Below, one piece after another: positions 1 to 9,988 of a stretch of 64,000 nt of DNA. The first letter of the stretch is position 1. Every line of letters begins with the position of its first letter. The DNA is from an uncultured beta proteobacterium. Its GTDB lineage: Bacteria > Pseudomonadota > Gammaproteobacteria > Burkholderiales > Casimicrobiaceae. The stretch covers positions 437,903 through 501,902 of the forward strand of contig CAWHNE010000029.1 in assembly GCA_963830485.1 (NCBI GenBank). The letters run 5' to 3'. The position numbers and the translations under genes are program-made. A model generated the notes under the pieces. The model did no database searches. It was not told the DNA's origin and worked only from the letters and a program-made list of their open reading frames with translations.

Positions 1-20
1 ATCCGTTGTGCGAGGTTTCC

Positions 21-446
21 ATGGCCATCCGCTCCGTCCGCTCCGTCGTCGCGAACCAGACCCCGCTCATGGCGGCCAAAACCACGACGGTGCTCGAAGC
101 CGCGCACCAGATGAAGGCGCACGGCAAGGGGGCCATGCTCGTGGTCGAAGGCTCGCAGCTGATCGGCATCTTCACCGAGCGCGACGCGCTGTTCCGCGTC
201 ATCGCCGGCGGCCGCGACCCTGCGACGACTGCGATCGCAGACGTGATGACACCGCAGCCGCAGACGATTCACCCGGACGAGCCGTTCCTGAACGCAATGC
301 GGATCATGCATCGCGGCGGCTTCCGCCACCTCCCGGTCGCGGAGCATGGCCGCCCGCTCGGCATGGTCTCGGCGCGCGACGCTCTCGACGACGATCTCTA
401 CGAGCTCTCCGTCAACCTGGAGCAGCGCGAGCACATGCTCGAGTAG
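21..446 (+). CDS. CBS-domain pair (Bateman module) protein
   Basis: ORF 6..446, first ATG at 21. Two CBS-like repeats ending ...LIGIFTERDAL... and ...PLGMVSARDAL... Stop TAG 444-446. Confidence 0.8.
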   Translation: MAIRSVRSVVANQTPLMAAKTTTVLEAAHQMKAHGKGAMLVVEGSQLIGIFTERDALFRVIAGGRDPATTAIADVMTPQPQTIHPDEPFLNAMRIMHRGGFRHLPVAEHGRPLGMVSARDALDDDLYELSVNLEQREHMLE

Positions 447-803
447 CTATTGCGTGGCGATGCCCGCCGCCTTCACTAGCGGGCGCCGGAAATCGACGAG
501 CGCCGCGAGCGCGTTCTCGCCGCCGACGCGCACGAGTCCGGCGTCGATGTCGATGCCGAGCGCGCTCCGCGCCCGGAATCGCGTGACGGCGCGGACCGCG
601 ATGCGCCCGTCGCCCGATCCCAGATCGATCAGGTGATCGCCGGGGCCGGTCTCCGCGAGCTCGAGCATCGAGTCGACGAGCGCGTCGGGCGTCGCGACGT
701 ACGGCGCACGCGGCTCTTCCACAGCCCGCTCGGTGACAGGCGCCGCCAGGATCACTGCAGCGATGAGCGCGCGCGCTAGCCGCAGCTGGGAGCGACCTCT
801 CAT
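447..803 (-). CDS. short class I SAM-methyltransferase-like protein (possibly a truncated remnant)
   Basis: 118-aa ORF. Hydrophobic N-terminus (LARALIAAVILAAP), SAM motif I DLGSGDGRI, then GIDID. The ORF ends just after motif II, and its stop abuts the stop of the convergent CBS gene (446/447). Confidence 0.5.
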   Translation of the reverse strand: MRGRSQLRLARALIAAVILAAPVTERAVEEPRAPYVATPDALVDSMLELAETGPGDHLIDLGSGDGRIAVRAVTRFRARSALGIDIDAGLVRVGGENALAALVDFRRPLVKAAGIATQ

Positions 804-926
804 TCGGGGCGAGCGCGCACAGGGATGGATGGCGGAACGTCGGTCGGCATAGCAGTGCTGCAGGCCGCGCTCGACGGCGGCATCGGGCGCGTATCATGGC
901 ACCCGGTCCGATCACCGGAACGATGC

Positions 927-2795
927 ATGACGCATTCCCCACGCCGGCACCTGCTGCTCCCGCTCGCTGCGCTCATGCTCGCCTGCGCCGCGCATGCGGC
1001 CGATCCCGCGAAAGTGCTGCGGCTCGCCTCGCCCGACATCGACACGCTCGACGCCCAGGCGTACGCCGATGACCCGTCGTTCCAGGTGCTGATGGCGATC
1101 TTCGAGCCGCTCTACGAATGGGACTATCTCGCGTCGCCGCCGAAGCTGACGCCACTCACCGCCGCGGCGCCGCCGGAGATCACCGACGGCGGCAAGACGT
1201 GGACGATCCGGATGAAGAAGGGCATCCGGTTCACCGACGACCCGGCATTCCGCGGCAAGCCGCGCGAGCTCACGGCCGAGGACTATGTCTACTCGTACAA
1301 GCGGTGGATGGATCCCAACGGCCGCCGCGGCGGCTCGCCGATCATCACCGACCTTCTGATCGGCGCGCGGCCCGTCGTCGATGCCGCGCGGACGTCAGGC
1401 AAGTTCGACTTCGACCGGCCGATCGAGGGGCTCAAGGCGCTAGACCGCTACACGCTGCAGCTCCGGCTTACCGACGTCAACTATCCGAACGTGGAGGACG
1501 TGCTGGGCTTCGTTCCGGCGTCCGCGCGCGAGGTCGTCGAAGCGGCGGGGCGCGACATCCGCATTCGCGCGGTCGGCACCGGCCCGTTCAAGCTCAAGGA
1601 ATGGCAGCGCGGGTCGCGCATAGTACTCGAAGCGAATCCGCAGTATCGGGAGGCGCACTTCCCGGCGAGCGACAACCCCGCGCACGCGGCGCTGGTGCGG
1701 AGCATGAAGGGCAAGGCGATCCCGCAGATCGGGAAGGTCGAGATCGCGATCATCGACGAGGATCTGCCCCGCCTGCTGCAGTTCGAGCGCGGCGCGCTCG
1801 ACGTCATCGTGCTGCGCGGCGAGGTGGCGGGACGGATGCTCGCCGACGGCAAGCTCAAGCCCGAGTACGCGGCGCGTGGCATCGTCCGCCACGTGTTTCC
1901 GGAGCCGTTCACGTTTTTGTTCTACTTCAACATGGCGGATCCGGTCATCGGCGGGATGGGCCGCGAGCGAATCGCGCTGCGCCGCGCGATGGCGCTCGCG
2001 GTCGACGTCGACGCGCTGATCCGCGTCGTCTACGCCGGACAGGGCCTTCCCGCTTCGCAGTTCGTGCCGCCCGGGGTCGGCGGGCATGACCCGACGCTCA
2101 TGGCGAAGCCGCTCTACGATCCGGCCGCCGCGAACGCGCTCCTCGACCGCTTCGGCTACCAGGCGCGCGATCCGGAGGGCTTCCGCAAGACGCCCGACGG
2201 CAAGCCGCTCACCATTACGATGACGCTGCGCTCGGGCGCGGTGATGCGCGAGGTGCAGACGCTATGGAAGAAGAACCTCGCGGCGGTCGGGCTGCGCACC
2301 GACTTCCACGTGACGCCGTTCCAGGATGCGATCAAGGAGCTCGAGCAGGGCAAGTTCCAGTCGTACTTCGGCGGCTTCGGCGGCTCGCCCTCGGGCTACA
2401 ACGAGCTCTCGCAGATGCACAGCCGGCAGCCGCAGCGGGTCAACATCACGCAGTTCAAGGACGCCGAGTTCGACCGGGCCGCCGATGCGTTCGTCCGGAG
2501 CGGGGACGCCGCGGCGCAGATCGCGGCCGCACGACGGATGACCGATATCGCCTACACCTACATGCCGGAGCTGCCCGCGTTGTTCCGACTCGAGAGCAAC
2601 GTCGTGCAGCCGTGGGTGCAGGGCTTCGCGCCGCCGATCTTCACGAGTTACTGGAAGTACCTCGACATCGATCCCGCGAAGCGCGCGAGCGGGCTTGAGA
2701 ACGGCAACGGCAACGGCAGACGGGAAGTAGCGGCCGCGGTCGCCCGCGGCGAGCAGGGCACGCGTGGGGTGCGAAACTACCACCTAAGCTACTGA
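927..2795 (+). CDS. ABC transporter substrate-binding protein, family 5 (peptide/nickel type)
   Basis: Inside ORF 825..2795. ATG at 927 gives signal peptide MTHSPRRHLLLPLAALMLACAAHA. The body is typical of family-5 binding proteins. There is a ~35-aa low-complexity C-tail (ENGNGNGRRE...). Confidence 0.85.
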   Translation: MTHSPRRHLLLPLAALMLACAAHAADPAKVLRLASPDIDTLDAQAYADDPSFQVLMAIFEPLYEWDYLASPPKLTPLTAAAPPEITDGGKTWTIRMKKGIRFTDDPAFRGKPRELTAEDYVYSYKRWMDPNGRRGGSPIITDLLIGARPVVDAARTSGKFDFDRPIEGLKALDRYTLQLRLTDVNYPNVEDVLGFVPASAREVVEAAGRDIRIRAVGTGPFKLKEWQRGSRIVLEANPQYREAHFPASDNPAHAALVRSMKGKAIPQIGKVEIAIIDEDLPRLLQFERGALDVIVLRGEVAGRMLADGKLKPEYAARGIVRHVFPEPFTFLFYFNMADPVIGGMGRERIALRRAMALAVDVDALIRVVYAGQGLPASQFVPPGVGGHDPTLMAKPLYDPAAANALLDRFGYQARDPEGFRKTPDGKPLTITMTLRSGAVMREVQTLWKKNLAAVGLRTDFHVTPFQDAIKELEQGKFQSYFGGFGGSPSGYNELSQMHSRQPQRVNITQFKDAEFDRAADAFVRSGDAAAQIAAARRMTDIAYTYMPELPALFRLESNVVQPWVQGFAPPIFTSYWKYLDIDPAKRASGLENGNGNGRREVAAAVARGEQGTRGVRNYHLSY

Positions 2796-2798
2796 TTT

Positions 2799-2820
2799 AA
2801 TATGCAAACATTTGCATATT
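2799..2820. repeat. AT-rich perfect inverted repeat AATATGCAAA-CA-TTTGCATATT between convergent genes
   Basis: Read directly from the sequence. It has 10-bp arms and is the only AT-rich patch in a very GC-rich neighbourhood. It sits between the stops at 2795 (+) and 2837 (-). Confidence 0.9.
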
Positions 2821-2836
2821 TGCCTTCGCGGCGAGC

Positions 2837-4501
2837 CTACGGCGGGGTCCAAGGCCCCGTTGGCGCACTCAAGGGGGAAGTTACGCGGTAGACCGGGACA
2901 ACGCGCTCGGTCTCGCGGGGCCCGGGGTAGGCGAGCACGTAATTGGCGGCGTAGCTCGACGGCGCGTCGGGCTCGAGCGCGGCGACGATCACGTTGCCGA
3001 GCGGCTGGTCGAGCGGCACGTAGAGGTCGCCGGCTTTGACCGGCAAGCTCACGCGCTCGACGGCGACCTCGAGGTTCACGACGCGGATCGACGGCTCCTC
3101 GTCGTTGCCGCGGTCGCTCTTCGGCGCGACCGCGGCGCGGACGATCCGGTAGCGCTCGACCTCGACCGCCGCGTCGGTCTCGACGCGCTTCACGGCGACG
3201 CCGAGATTCGCGAGCCGCGCCGCGGCCGTGAGTTGCGAGGCGGGTAGCAGATAACCGTACGGCCGCGCGCGGACGCGAACCGGGCGGATCTCGAGCGCCG
3301 AAACCCAGTCGACGTGGACCGTCTTGTCGGCACCGGTTCCCGGATCGAGCATGACGAGCGAGTGTCGCCCCGGCGTCGCCGCGCCGGCCACGACGACCTC
3401 GCCCTTCCCCGCGGTGGCAGCGACGTCGTCGCGGGCGCGCTGCACGATCGCCTTGATCTCGTCGGCGTGGCGCGCCGCCGCATCGAGGATCGCGTTCGTC
3501 GCGACGAGGTGCGTCTCGACGCGGCGTCGCAGATGCGCGCGGGCGATGCCGACCCCGCGTGACTCGACCAGGAGGCTGATTGACCCGCGCAGTCCCGCGA
3601 CGTTGCGGCCGGTGTCCGGCACGACGCCGCCCATCGACACCTTCAGGTCGCTCATGTCGTAGGACGTCGTGTAGTACGACGACTGCGCGAAGCCCGCGGA
3701 CTCGAGCGCCTGCGCGAGCGGCGCGCGGAACATCGTCTCGCACGCCGTTGCGACGGCCGGCACGAGGTTCGGCACCGTCGCGCACTGGATCATCACGTCG
3801 TAGCGCTGCAGCGCGCCGAACTTCTCGAACCAGCGGAGCTTGACGCCGAACTCGTGGCTGTCGACGACGACCGCGGGCTGGTACTCGGCGAAGATGTGCC
3901 CGAGGGTGCGACCCTCGGGCGAGGACTGCAGCAGGTGGTCGCGGTCGACGTCGCCGCCGTTGACGAGTCCGCGCTTCCAGTGGAACGCGCCGTCGGGATT
4001 CGCCCGGGGCACGATCAGCACGTTGATCCGTTCGAGCACGGCGCGCCGCTCCCCCGCGAGCTGCTGCGCGAGCGCCAGCGCGGCTTCGCCGCCGGCCGGT
4101 TCGTTGCCGTGCTGGAGCGCGATCACGAGCACCGTTGGCTTGCCGTTCGCCGCGAGCGCCGCGCCGTTCGCCGCTGGCGGGCGCGCAAAAACGACGAGCG
4201 GAATCGCGCGGTCCTCGATCGACCGGCCCGCGACCACCACCCGCATGTCGGGCGTGCGCTTCGCGAGGTCGTCGAGGAACTTCCCCATCTCCGGCTGCGA
4301 GGTGAAGTCGACCCGCTGCGCCTTGAAGCCGGGCGTCGCGATCGGCGCCGGCGGATCGGGGAACCGCGCGGCGACCGCCGGCGTCTCCGTGTACTCGAGC
4401 GCCACCTCGTAGTACGCGAGGGGCGCGCCGGCCGCCGCACAGGCGAGGGCGGCCGCGGCCGCGATGCGCGTGACGCGCCGGCCACTCACGGCCAGCCCCA
4501 T
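2837..4501 (-). CDS. secreted M14-family zinc carboxypeptidase
   Basis: Last 554 codons of ORF 2837..6643. ATG (cat 4499-4501) gives MGLAVSGRRVTRIAAAAALACAAAG. Zinc motif LQHGNEPAG, later DSHEFG. The upstream part of the long ORF is R/A/G-rich antisense read-through. Confidence 0.85.
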   Translation of the reverse strand: MGLAVSGRRVTRIAAAAALACAAAGAPLAYYEVALEYTETPAVAARFPDPPAPIATPGFKAQRVDFTSQPEMGKFLDDLAKRTPDMRVVVAGRSIEDRAIPLVVFARPPAANGAALAANGKPTVLVIALQHGNEPAGGEAALALAQQLAGERRAVLERINVLIVPRANPDGAFHWKRGLVNGGDVDRDHLLQSSPEGRTLGHIFAEYQPAVVVDSHEFGVKLRWFEKFGALQRYDVMIQCATVPNLVPAVATACETMFRAPLAQALESAGFAQSSYYTTSYDMSDLKVSMGGVVPDTGRNVAGLRGSISLLVESRGVGIARAHLRRRVETHLVATNAILDAAARHADEIKAIVQRARDDVAATAGKGEVVVAGAATPGRHSLVMLDPGTGADKTVHVDWVSALEIRPVRVRARPYGYLLPASQLTAAARLANLGVAVKRVETDAAVEVERYRIVRAAVAPKSDRGNDEEPSIRVVNLEVAVERVSLPVKAGDLYVPLDQPLGNVIVAALEPDAPSSYAANYVLAYPGPRETERVVPVYRVTSPLSAPTGPWTPP

Positions 4502-5409
4502 GCGCGCATCGCGATGCCGGCCAGGATCGCGAGAGTGTAAGCGACGAACACGGCCGAGATGCCGGCCATCGCCGCCGCCTTGTTCACCGCCGAATAACCG
4601 CGGCGGTGCATCCGCGCGAGCGTGCGCGCGCCGAAGACGCCAGCGAGCGCGATCGGCGCGGCGGCGCTCACGGGCAGGACATCGAAGGGGATCAGCGCCA
4701 GCGCGAGCGCGAGCGTCAGCGCGGCCTGCACGATGATCGCGCGGGCGGCGCCGGTCGGGCCGAGCACGATCCCGAGCGTCCGCCGCCCGGCGCGCGCGTC
4801 GCCTTCGCGGTCGCATGCGTTGTTGACCGAGAGGATCGTCGCGATCAGCGTCGACGAGGGGAGCCCGAGCCAGACGACGCCCGCGTCGAGACCCAGCCCC
4901 TGCACGTAGGCCGACAGCGCGATGAGCACGAGCCCCAGGAGTCCGCCGGCGAAAGCCTCGCCGACCGGGAGCCGCGCGATCGCGAGCGGACCCGCGCTGT
5001 ACAGGAGCCCGACCGCCATGCAGGCGGCGCCCACACCGACGACGCGCCAGTCGACGAGCGCGCCCAGGGCGAGACCGAGCATCGCGGCGAGACCGAACAT
5101 CGTCCACGCGATGACGAGCGCGACGCGCGGCGCGATCCCGTGCTGGACGAGCGCCTTCCATTGCTCGACGTCGGTTTCCCGCGTGTCGACGCCGTGGATG
5201 AAATCGTAATAGCTGTTGAAGCCGGTCGTTCCCAGGTCGACGCACAGCGTGGCCGCGAGCATCAGCGCGAAGGCAACCGGCGCGAATTCGTGCCGTTGGG
5301 CGACGGCGAACGCGGTGCCGATCGCGAGCGACGACAGGCTCACGACCTTCGTGCGGATGTCGACGATCTGGAGCACGTCGACGAACGTGACGCGGTGGGC
5401 GGAAGCCAT
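4486..5409 (-). CDS. UbiA-superfamily prenyltransferase (MenA-like)
   Basis: Inside ORF 4486..5598, ATG at 5409 (MASAHRVTF...). Multi-pass membrane protein. Asp-rich motifs NSYYDFIHGVD and NNACDREGD. Its 3' end overlaps the peptidase start by 16 nt. Confidence 0.8.
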   Translation of the reverse strand: MASAHRVTFVDVLQIVDIRTKVVSLSSLAIGTAFAVAQRHEFAPVAFALMLAATLCVDLGTTGFNSYYDFIHGVDTRETDVEQWKALVQHGIAPRVALVIAWTMFGLAAMLGLALGALVDWRVVGVGAACMAVGLLYSAGPLAIARLPVGEAFAGGLLGLVLIALSAYVQGLGLDAGVVWLGLPSSTLIATILSVNNACDREGDARAGRRTLGIVLGPTGAARAIIVQAALTLALALALIPFDVLPVSAAAPIALAGVFGARTLARMHRRGYSAVNKAAAMAGISAVFVAYTLAILAGIAMRAWGWP

Positions 5410-5506
5410 GGCGGTGGCAGGGAGACGGCGGGAGCGTACCATTTCGCCATCGACGCGCCGCGGGCCGTTGTCCGGCGGCCGCAACGGCGCGAGAATGAGC
5501 CGCATC

Positions 5507-6565
5507 ATGACCTTCGAGACGCCGCAGGCGTTGTGGCTGTTGCTCGCGCTGCCGATCCTGGCCGCGCTGTACGTGCTGATCCAGCGCCGGCGCGTCAAGG
5601 CGGCCGTCCGTTACGCGAGCCTCGACGTCGTACGCGCCGCGCTCGGCAGCGGCCAGCGCTTCCGCCGGCACCTGCCGCCGCTGCTCCTTGGAACCGCCCT
5701 CGCAGTGTTGATCGTCGCCGTCGCACGGCCGAGTGCCGTGATCACGCTGCCGTCCGAGCAGCGGACGATCATCCTCGCGATCGACGTGTCGCTGTCGATG
5801 CGCGCGACCGACGTCGAGCCGTCGCGGCTCGCCGCGGCGCGCGAGGCGGCGAAGGCGTTCATCGCCGAGCAGCCGGCCGACGTGCGCATCGGCATCGTGG
5901 CCTTCGCCGGCTCGGCGTCGATCGTGCAAAAGCCGACGTCGGACCGCCGCGACCTCGTCGAGGCGATCGACCGGCTGCAGCTCCAGCTCCACACGGCCAT
6001 CGGCAGCGGTATCATCGTCTCGCTCGCAGCGCTGTTCCCGGACGACGCGGCCGAGCTCGAGGCCGCGAACACGAGCGCCCGGCCGGCGCGCGACAGCCCG
6101 CGGAGCACGCCGATCGACCGGCCACGCCCCGAGGCGAAGAAAGAGTTCAAGCCGGTGCCGCCGGGCTCGAACCGGAACGGCGCGATCATCCTGCTCACCG
6201 ACGGCCGCCGGACGACAGGCCCCGATCCCCTCGATGCGGCCAAGCTCGCGGCCGACCGCGGCATCAAGGTCTACACGGTGGGCTTCGGAAGCGCGCAGGG
6301 CGGCGTGGCGCAACTCGACGGGATGTCGATCTACATGCGCTTCGACGAGGAGGCGCTCCGCGCGATCGCACAGGCGACGGCGGCCGAATACTTCCACGCG
6401 AGCAACGGCGCGGACCTGAAGAAGGTCTACGAAACGCTCAACGCCCGCTACGTGCTCGAGAAGAAGGAGACCGAGATCTCGGCGCTGTTCGCTGCCGCGG
6501 CGGCGGCGATCACCGTGCTCGCCGCGGGCTTGTCGCTGCTGTGGTTCGGTCGCGTCGGCCGCTAG
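5507..6565 (+). CDS. VWA-domain membrane protein (BatA-like)
   Basis: Inside ORF 5216..6565. ATG 5507 (alternative 5495) gives MTFETPQALWLLLALPILAALYVL. MIDAS-type DVSLSM. C-terminal TM segment ALFAAAAAAITVLAAGLSLLWF. Confidence 0.8.
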   Translation: MTFETPQALWLLLALPILAALYVLIQRRRVKAAVRYASLDVVRAALGSGQRFRRHLPPLLLGTALAVLIVAVARPSAVITLPSEQRTIILAIDVSLSMRATDVEPSRLAAAREAAKAFIAEQPADVRIGIVAFAGSASIVQKPTSDRRDLVEAIDRLQLQLHTAIGSGIIVSLAALFPDDAAELEAANTSARPARDSPRSTPIDRPRPEAKKEFKPVPPGSNRNGAIILLTDGRRTTGPDPLDAAKLAADRGIKVYTVGFGSAQGGVAQLDGMSIYMRFDEEALRAIAQATAAEYFHASNGADLKKVYETLNARYVLEKKETEISALFAAAAAAITVLAAGLSLLWFGRVGR

Positions 6566-6591
6566 GAACCTTGGGGGAGGAGGGGGTTGCG

Positions 6592-7551
6592 ATGCTGCGA
6601 ATCTTGCTGACTTTGGCGGCGCTCGCCGCCGCACTCGTCTCATGGCCGGCGTCGGCGCAGTATCCGAACAAGCCTATCCGGCTCGTCGTGCCGTTTCCGC
6701 CGGCGGGGGCGGCCGACCTGACGGCGCGCGCGATCGCGCAGCCGCTGTCGCAGGCGCTCGGGCAGTCGGTCGTCGTCGAGAACCGGCCCGGTGCCGACGG
6801 CGCGATCGCCGCGGACCTCGTCGTGAAGGCCGCACCCGATGGCTACACGCTGTTCTTCGGGACCAACACGGCGATGTGCGGCGTGCCGGCGATGCGCAAG
6901 GCGCCGCCGTACAACCCGCTCACCGATTTCACGCCGATCTCGCTCGTCGGCACCTTCGGCTTCTTCCTGTTCTCGAGTCCGACGGTGCCCGCGCAGACGC
7001 TGCGCGAGCTCGTCGATTATGCGCGCGCGAACCCGGGGAAGCTCAACTACGCGACGGGCAACAGCACGAGCGTCCTCGCGAGCGCGCGGCTCAAGTCGCA
7101 GGAGAAGATCGACATCGTCGAGATTCCGTACAAAGGTGACGCACCCGCCACCGCTGACCTGGTAGCAGGCCGCGTGCAGCTGATGATCGCGACGCCCGGC
7201 ACCGCGGTGCCGTTCGTGAAGGAGGGCCGGCTGCGCGCGCTCGTCACGCTCGCGCCGACCCGAAGTCCGCTCCTGCCCGATGTGCCGACGAATGCGGAGG
7301 CCGGGATGTCGCCGCTCTCGATCACGCCTTGGGCGGCGCTGTTCGGGCCGGCGAAGCTGCCGCGCGAGATCGTCGACCGTCTCGCCAAGGAGATCGCGGC
7401 CGTCGTGGCGCGGCCCGAGGTGCGCGAGCAGCTCGAGCGGCACGCGTTCGATGCGCGGAGCTCGACGCCGGAGGAGATGGCGGCCTACCTCAAGGAGCAG
7501 GTCGACGTGTGGATCCGGACCGCACGCGAGGTCGGCATCGTTCCGGACTGA
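6592..7551 (+). CDS. Bug/TctC-family tripartite tricarboxylate transporter substrate-binding protein
   Basis: Last 319 codons of ORF 4606..7551. ATG 6592 is preceded by GGGGGAGGAGGGGG. Signal MLRILLTLAALAAALVSWPASA, then the hallmark QYPNKPIRLVVPFPPAGAADL. Confidence 0.9.
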   Translation: MLRILLTLAALAAALVSWPASAQYPNKPIRLVVPFPPAGAADLTARAIAQPLSQALGQSVVVENRPGADGAIAADLVVKAAPDGYTLFFGTNTAMCGVPAMRKAPPYNPLTDFTPISLVGTFGFFLFSSPTVPAQTLRELVDYARANPGKLNYATGNSTSVLASARLKSQEKIDIVEIPYKGDAPATADLVAGRVQLMIATPGTAVPFVKEGRLRALVTLAPTRSPLLPDVPTNAEAGMSPLSITPWAALFGPAKLPREIVDRLAKEIAAVVARPEVREQLERHAFDARSSTPEEMAAYLKEQVDVWIRTAREVGIVPD

Positions 7552-7554
7552 CGC

Positions 7555-7866
7555 TCAGCGCGGCGCCGCGCCGCCCGCGCCGAACTTCTTCGCGGTGAGC
7601 CGCTCGACCAGGAGCCGCTCGCAGACCTTGAACAGCAGGTAGAAAACGATGCTCAGGATCGCCGAACCGATCAGGTCGACGAGCTGCTCGAGCGCGCCGT
7701 CGGCGATCACCATGGCCCCGTACTCGATGAACAGGTCGATGTTCATCTTGAGCAGCACGAACAGGTTGACCGACGTAATGCCGAAGAGCACGAAGAACCC
7801 CACCATCAACCCGAACGTGAGCCAGGGGTGGACGTAGAGGAAGTCGAGCCAGCGCTTTGGAATCAT
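7555..7866 (-). CDS. small hypothetical membrane protein
   Basis: 103-aa ORF with 2-3 hydrophobic spans. Codon usage is less GC-biased than in neighbouring genes. No family recognised. Confidence 0.5.
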   Translation of the reverse strand: MIPKRWLDFLYVHPWLTFGLMVGFFVLFGITSVNLFVLLKMNIDLFIEYGAMVIADGALEQLVDLIGSAILSIVFYLLFKVCERLLVERLTAKKFGAGGAAPR

Positions 7867-7899
7867 GGAGGAGTGGTGGCCGTGGGCGCCGATTGTAGG

Positions 7900-8481
7900 C
7901 TAGCTGCCGCGGCGGCCGAGCTCGGTCAGGCGCACGAGCCAGCGCTCGCGCGTTGCCTGGTCACGGCTCTCGACCATCCCGAGGAGTGTTTCGTGGATCG
8001 GGCCGATGCCGACGAAGTCGAGCACGTTGCGCTCGAAGCTCCTGATCCCGTGCGCGCGGAAATACCATTTGTAGAGGAACGACGGCATCCCCATCGTCAC
8101 GATGATGCGCGCCGAGCGCCCGATGAGCTTCTTCTCCCAGCGGCCCGGGCCCTTCTCGTCGACCGCGAAGCCGGGTCGCAACACCTGCTCGAAGAAGGCC
8201 TTCAGCAGCGCCGGCATGGTCCCGAGCCACAGCGGAAAGACGATCACGAGATGCTCGGCCCAAGCGATCGCCTCCTGCGGCACGCGCAGCGTGTCGGCGA
8301 TCGGCGCCTCCCATTCCTGCCGGGTCTTGAGCGAGCTGAAGTCGAGCCGCGCGACGTCGATCACGGCGACGTCGTGCCCCGCCTCGGTCGCGCCGGCGTG
8401 ATAGGCCTCGGCGAGCGCGCGACAGAGCCGCTCCGGTCGCGGGTCCGGGTGGCCGAGGAGGATCAGGATGCGCTTGCCCAT
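7900..8481 (-). CDS. flavodoxin-like-fold NAD(P)H oxidoreductase (quinone reductase type)
   Basis: 193 aa. MGKRILILLGHPDP... N-terminus and ...LVIVFPLWLGTMPALLKAFFEQV... are typical of the NAD(P)H dehydrogenase (quinone)/Flavodoxin_2 family. Confidence 0.8.
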   Translation of the reverse strand: MGKRILILLGHPDPRPERLCRALAEAYHAGATEAGHDVAVIDVARLDFSSLKTRQEWEAPIADTLRVPQEAIAWAEHLVIVFPLWLGTMPALLKAFFEQVLRPGFAVDEKGPGRWEKKLIGRSARIIVTMGMPSFLYKWYFRAHGIRSFERNVLDFVGIGPIHETLLGMVESRDQATRERWLVRLTELGRRGS

Positions 8482-8551
8482 GGCGTTGGAAAGGCCGCGG
8501 CGAGGGCCGGCGTCAGGTTACCATTGCGCTCGCCGTCCGTGCCACGCTGCC

Positions 8552-9250
8552 ATGAACCGGTCGACGTCTCCGCATCCCCTCGACACCCCCATCTGGAGCG
8601 CGCTCACGACGCGCCATGCGCCGCTCGCACAGGGCGGGGCGCTCGCGCGAAGGTATCCGGCCCAAATCTCGCCGCTCGCCGCGCTCGCGGCGGCGGAGCC
8701 CGCGAACCTCGCGGCGCTGGCAGCGCTCGTCGAGCAGGACGACGAGGTCGGGGTCTTCCAACCAAGAGAGCTCGTGCTGCCTGGAGAGTGGGAGATGCTG
8801 CGGGCGGCGCGGATCACGCAGATGGTCCACGACGGGCGCGCGCCGCTCCCCGAAGGCGATGTAGACGCGCGGCCGCTCGGCGCGGCCGACGTGGCCGACA
8901 TGCTCGCACTGGTCGAGCTCACGCAGCCAGGACCGTTCCGTACCCGCACGATCGAGCTGGGGCGCTTCGTCGGTATCCGCGACCGGGGACGGCTGGTAGC
9001 GATGGCGGGCGAACGGATGTGGGTCGACGGCTACCGTGAAGTTAGCGGCATCTGCACACACCCGGACGTGCGCGGCCGCGGCCATGCCCGCGCGCTCACT
9101 GCCCGCGTCGTCAACCGGATGTTCGCCGCGGGCGAGACGCCGTTCCTGCACGTGCTGAGCGCCAACGAGCGCGCGATCGAACTCTATCGAGCGCTCGGAT
9201 TCGTCCAGCGCACCGAATTCTTCCTGCTCCACGCGAGGCGCGCCGTGTAG
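8552..9250 (+). CDS. GNAT-family N-acetyltransferase
   Basis: Inside ORF 8468..9250, ATG 8552. C-terminal acetyl-CoA-binding region ...ICTHPDVRGRGHARAL...ELYRALGF. Confidence 0.75.
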   Translation: MNRSTSPHPLDTPIWSALTTRHAPLAQGGALARRYPAQISPLAALAAAEPANLAALAALVEQDDEVGVFQPRELVLPGEWEMLRAARITQMVHDGRAPLPEGDVDARPLGAADVADMLALVELTQPGPFRTRTIELGRFVGIRDRGRLVAMAGERMWVDGYREVSGICTHPDVRGRGHARALTARVVNRMFAAGETPFLHVLSANERAIELYRALGFVQRTEFFLLHARRAV

Positions 9251-9281
9251 GCGCGCGTCCCAACGCAGGACACACTCGCCG

Positions 9282-9988
9282 ATGACCTGGTCCCTCCTCG
9301 CACGCGATGTCGACGGCACGTTGGGGATCGCGATCGCGAGCCGGTTCTTTGCAGTCGGCGCGCTGTGCCCGCACGTGAGATGTGGGATCGGTGCGCTCGC
9401 GACGCAGGCCCTCGTCAACCCGCTCTATGCCGCGCCCGGCCTCGCTCTGCTCGCCCAGGGCACGCCGCCGGCCGAAGTGATCCGCTTGTTGACCGAGGCC
9501 GATGCCGGCCGCGATCACCGGCAGCTGCACGTGATCGACGCGCGCGGTCGCGTCGCGGCGCACACGGGGCCCGCGTGCATCGACTGGTGCGGACATCGCG
9601 CGGGGGAGGGCTACTCGGTCGCGGGCAACATGCTCGCGGGACCGCAGGTGCTCGCGGACACGGCGACGGCCTACGAGCGCACCGCGGGATCGCCGCTTGC
9701 TGAACGGCTCCTGGCGGCGCTCGACGCGGGTGATGCGGCGGGCGGCGACAAGCGTGGCCGGCAGTCCGCGGCGCTCGTGATTGCAACGACCGAGCCCTAC
9801 CCGAGCCTCGACTTGCGCGTCGACGACCACGAGCAGCCGTTCCTGGAGCTGCGGCGGCTCTATGCGAAGAGCCTCGAGCGCTTCCAGCCGTTCGTCGCCT
9901 GCCTGCCCACGCGCGCGGATCCGGTTGGGATCACCGACCGTGCGGTGATCGAGGAGCGCATCGCGCGCTTCCAGGCGCTGCGCCCGCG

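Noticed and set aside
2701-2725. Tandem AACGGC hexamers (three copies)
   Set aside because: The repeat is short and in frame (it encodes NGNGNG) within the low-complexity tail of the binding protein. It is not a repeat element.
2837-6643. 1268-aa minus-strand ORF
   Set aside because: Only the last 554 codons (M14 peptidase) look like protein. The rest is R/A/G/P-rich and runs antisense to the VWA gene or out of frame through the prenyltransferase gene. This is typical GC-rich read-through.
4606-7551. 981-aa plus-strand ORF
   Set aside because: Only the last 319 codons (Bug protein, with its own RBS and signal peptide at 6592) are real. The upstream part is R/D/E/G-rich and lies antisense to, or out of frame with, better-supported genes.
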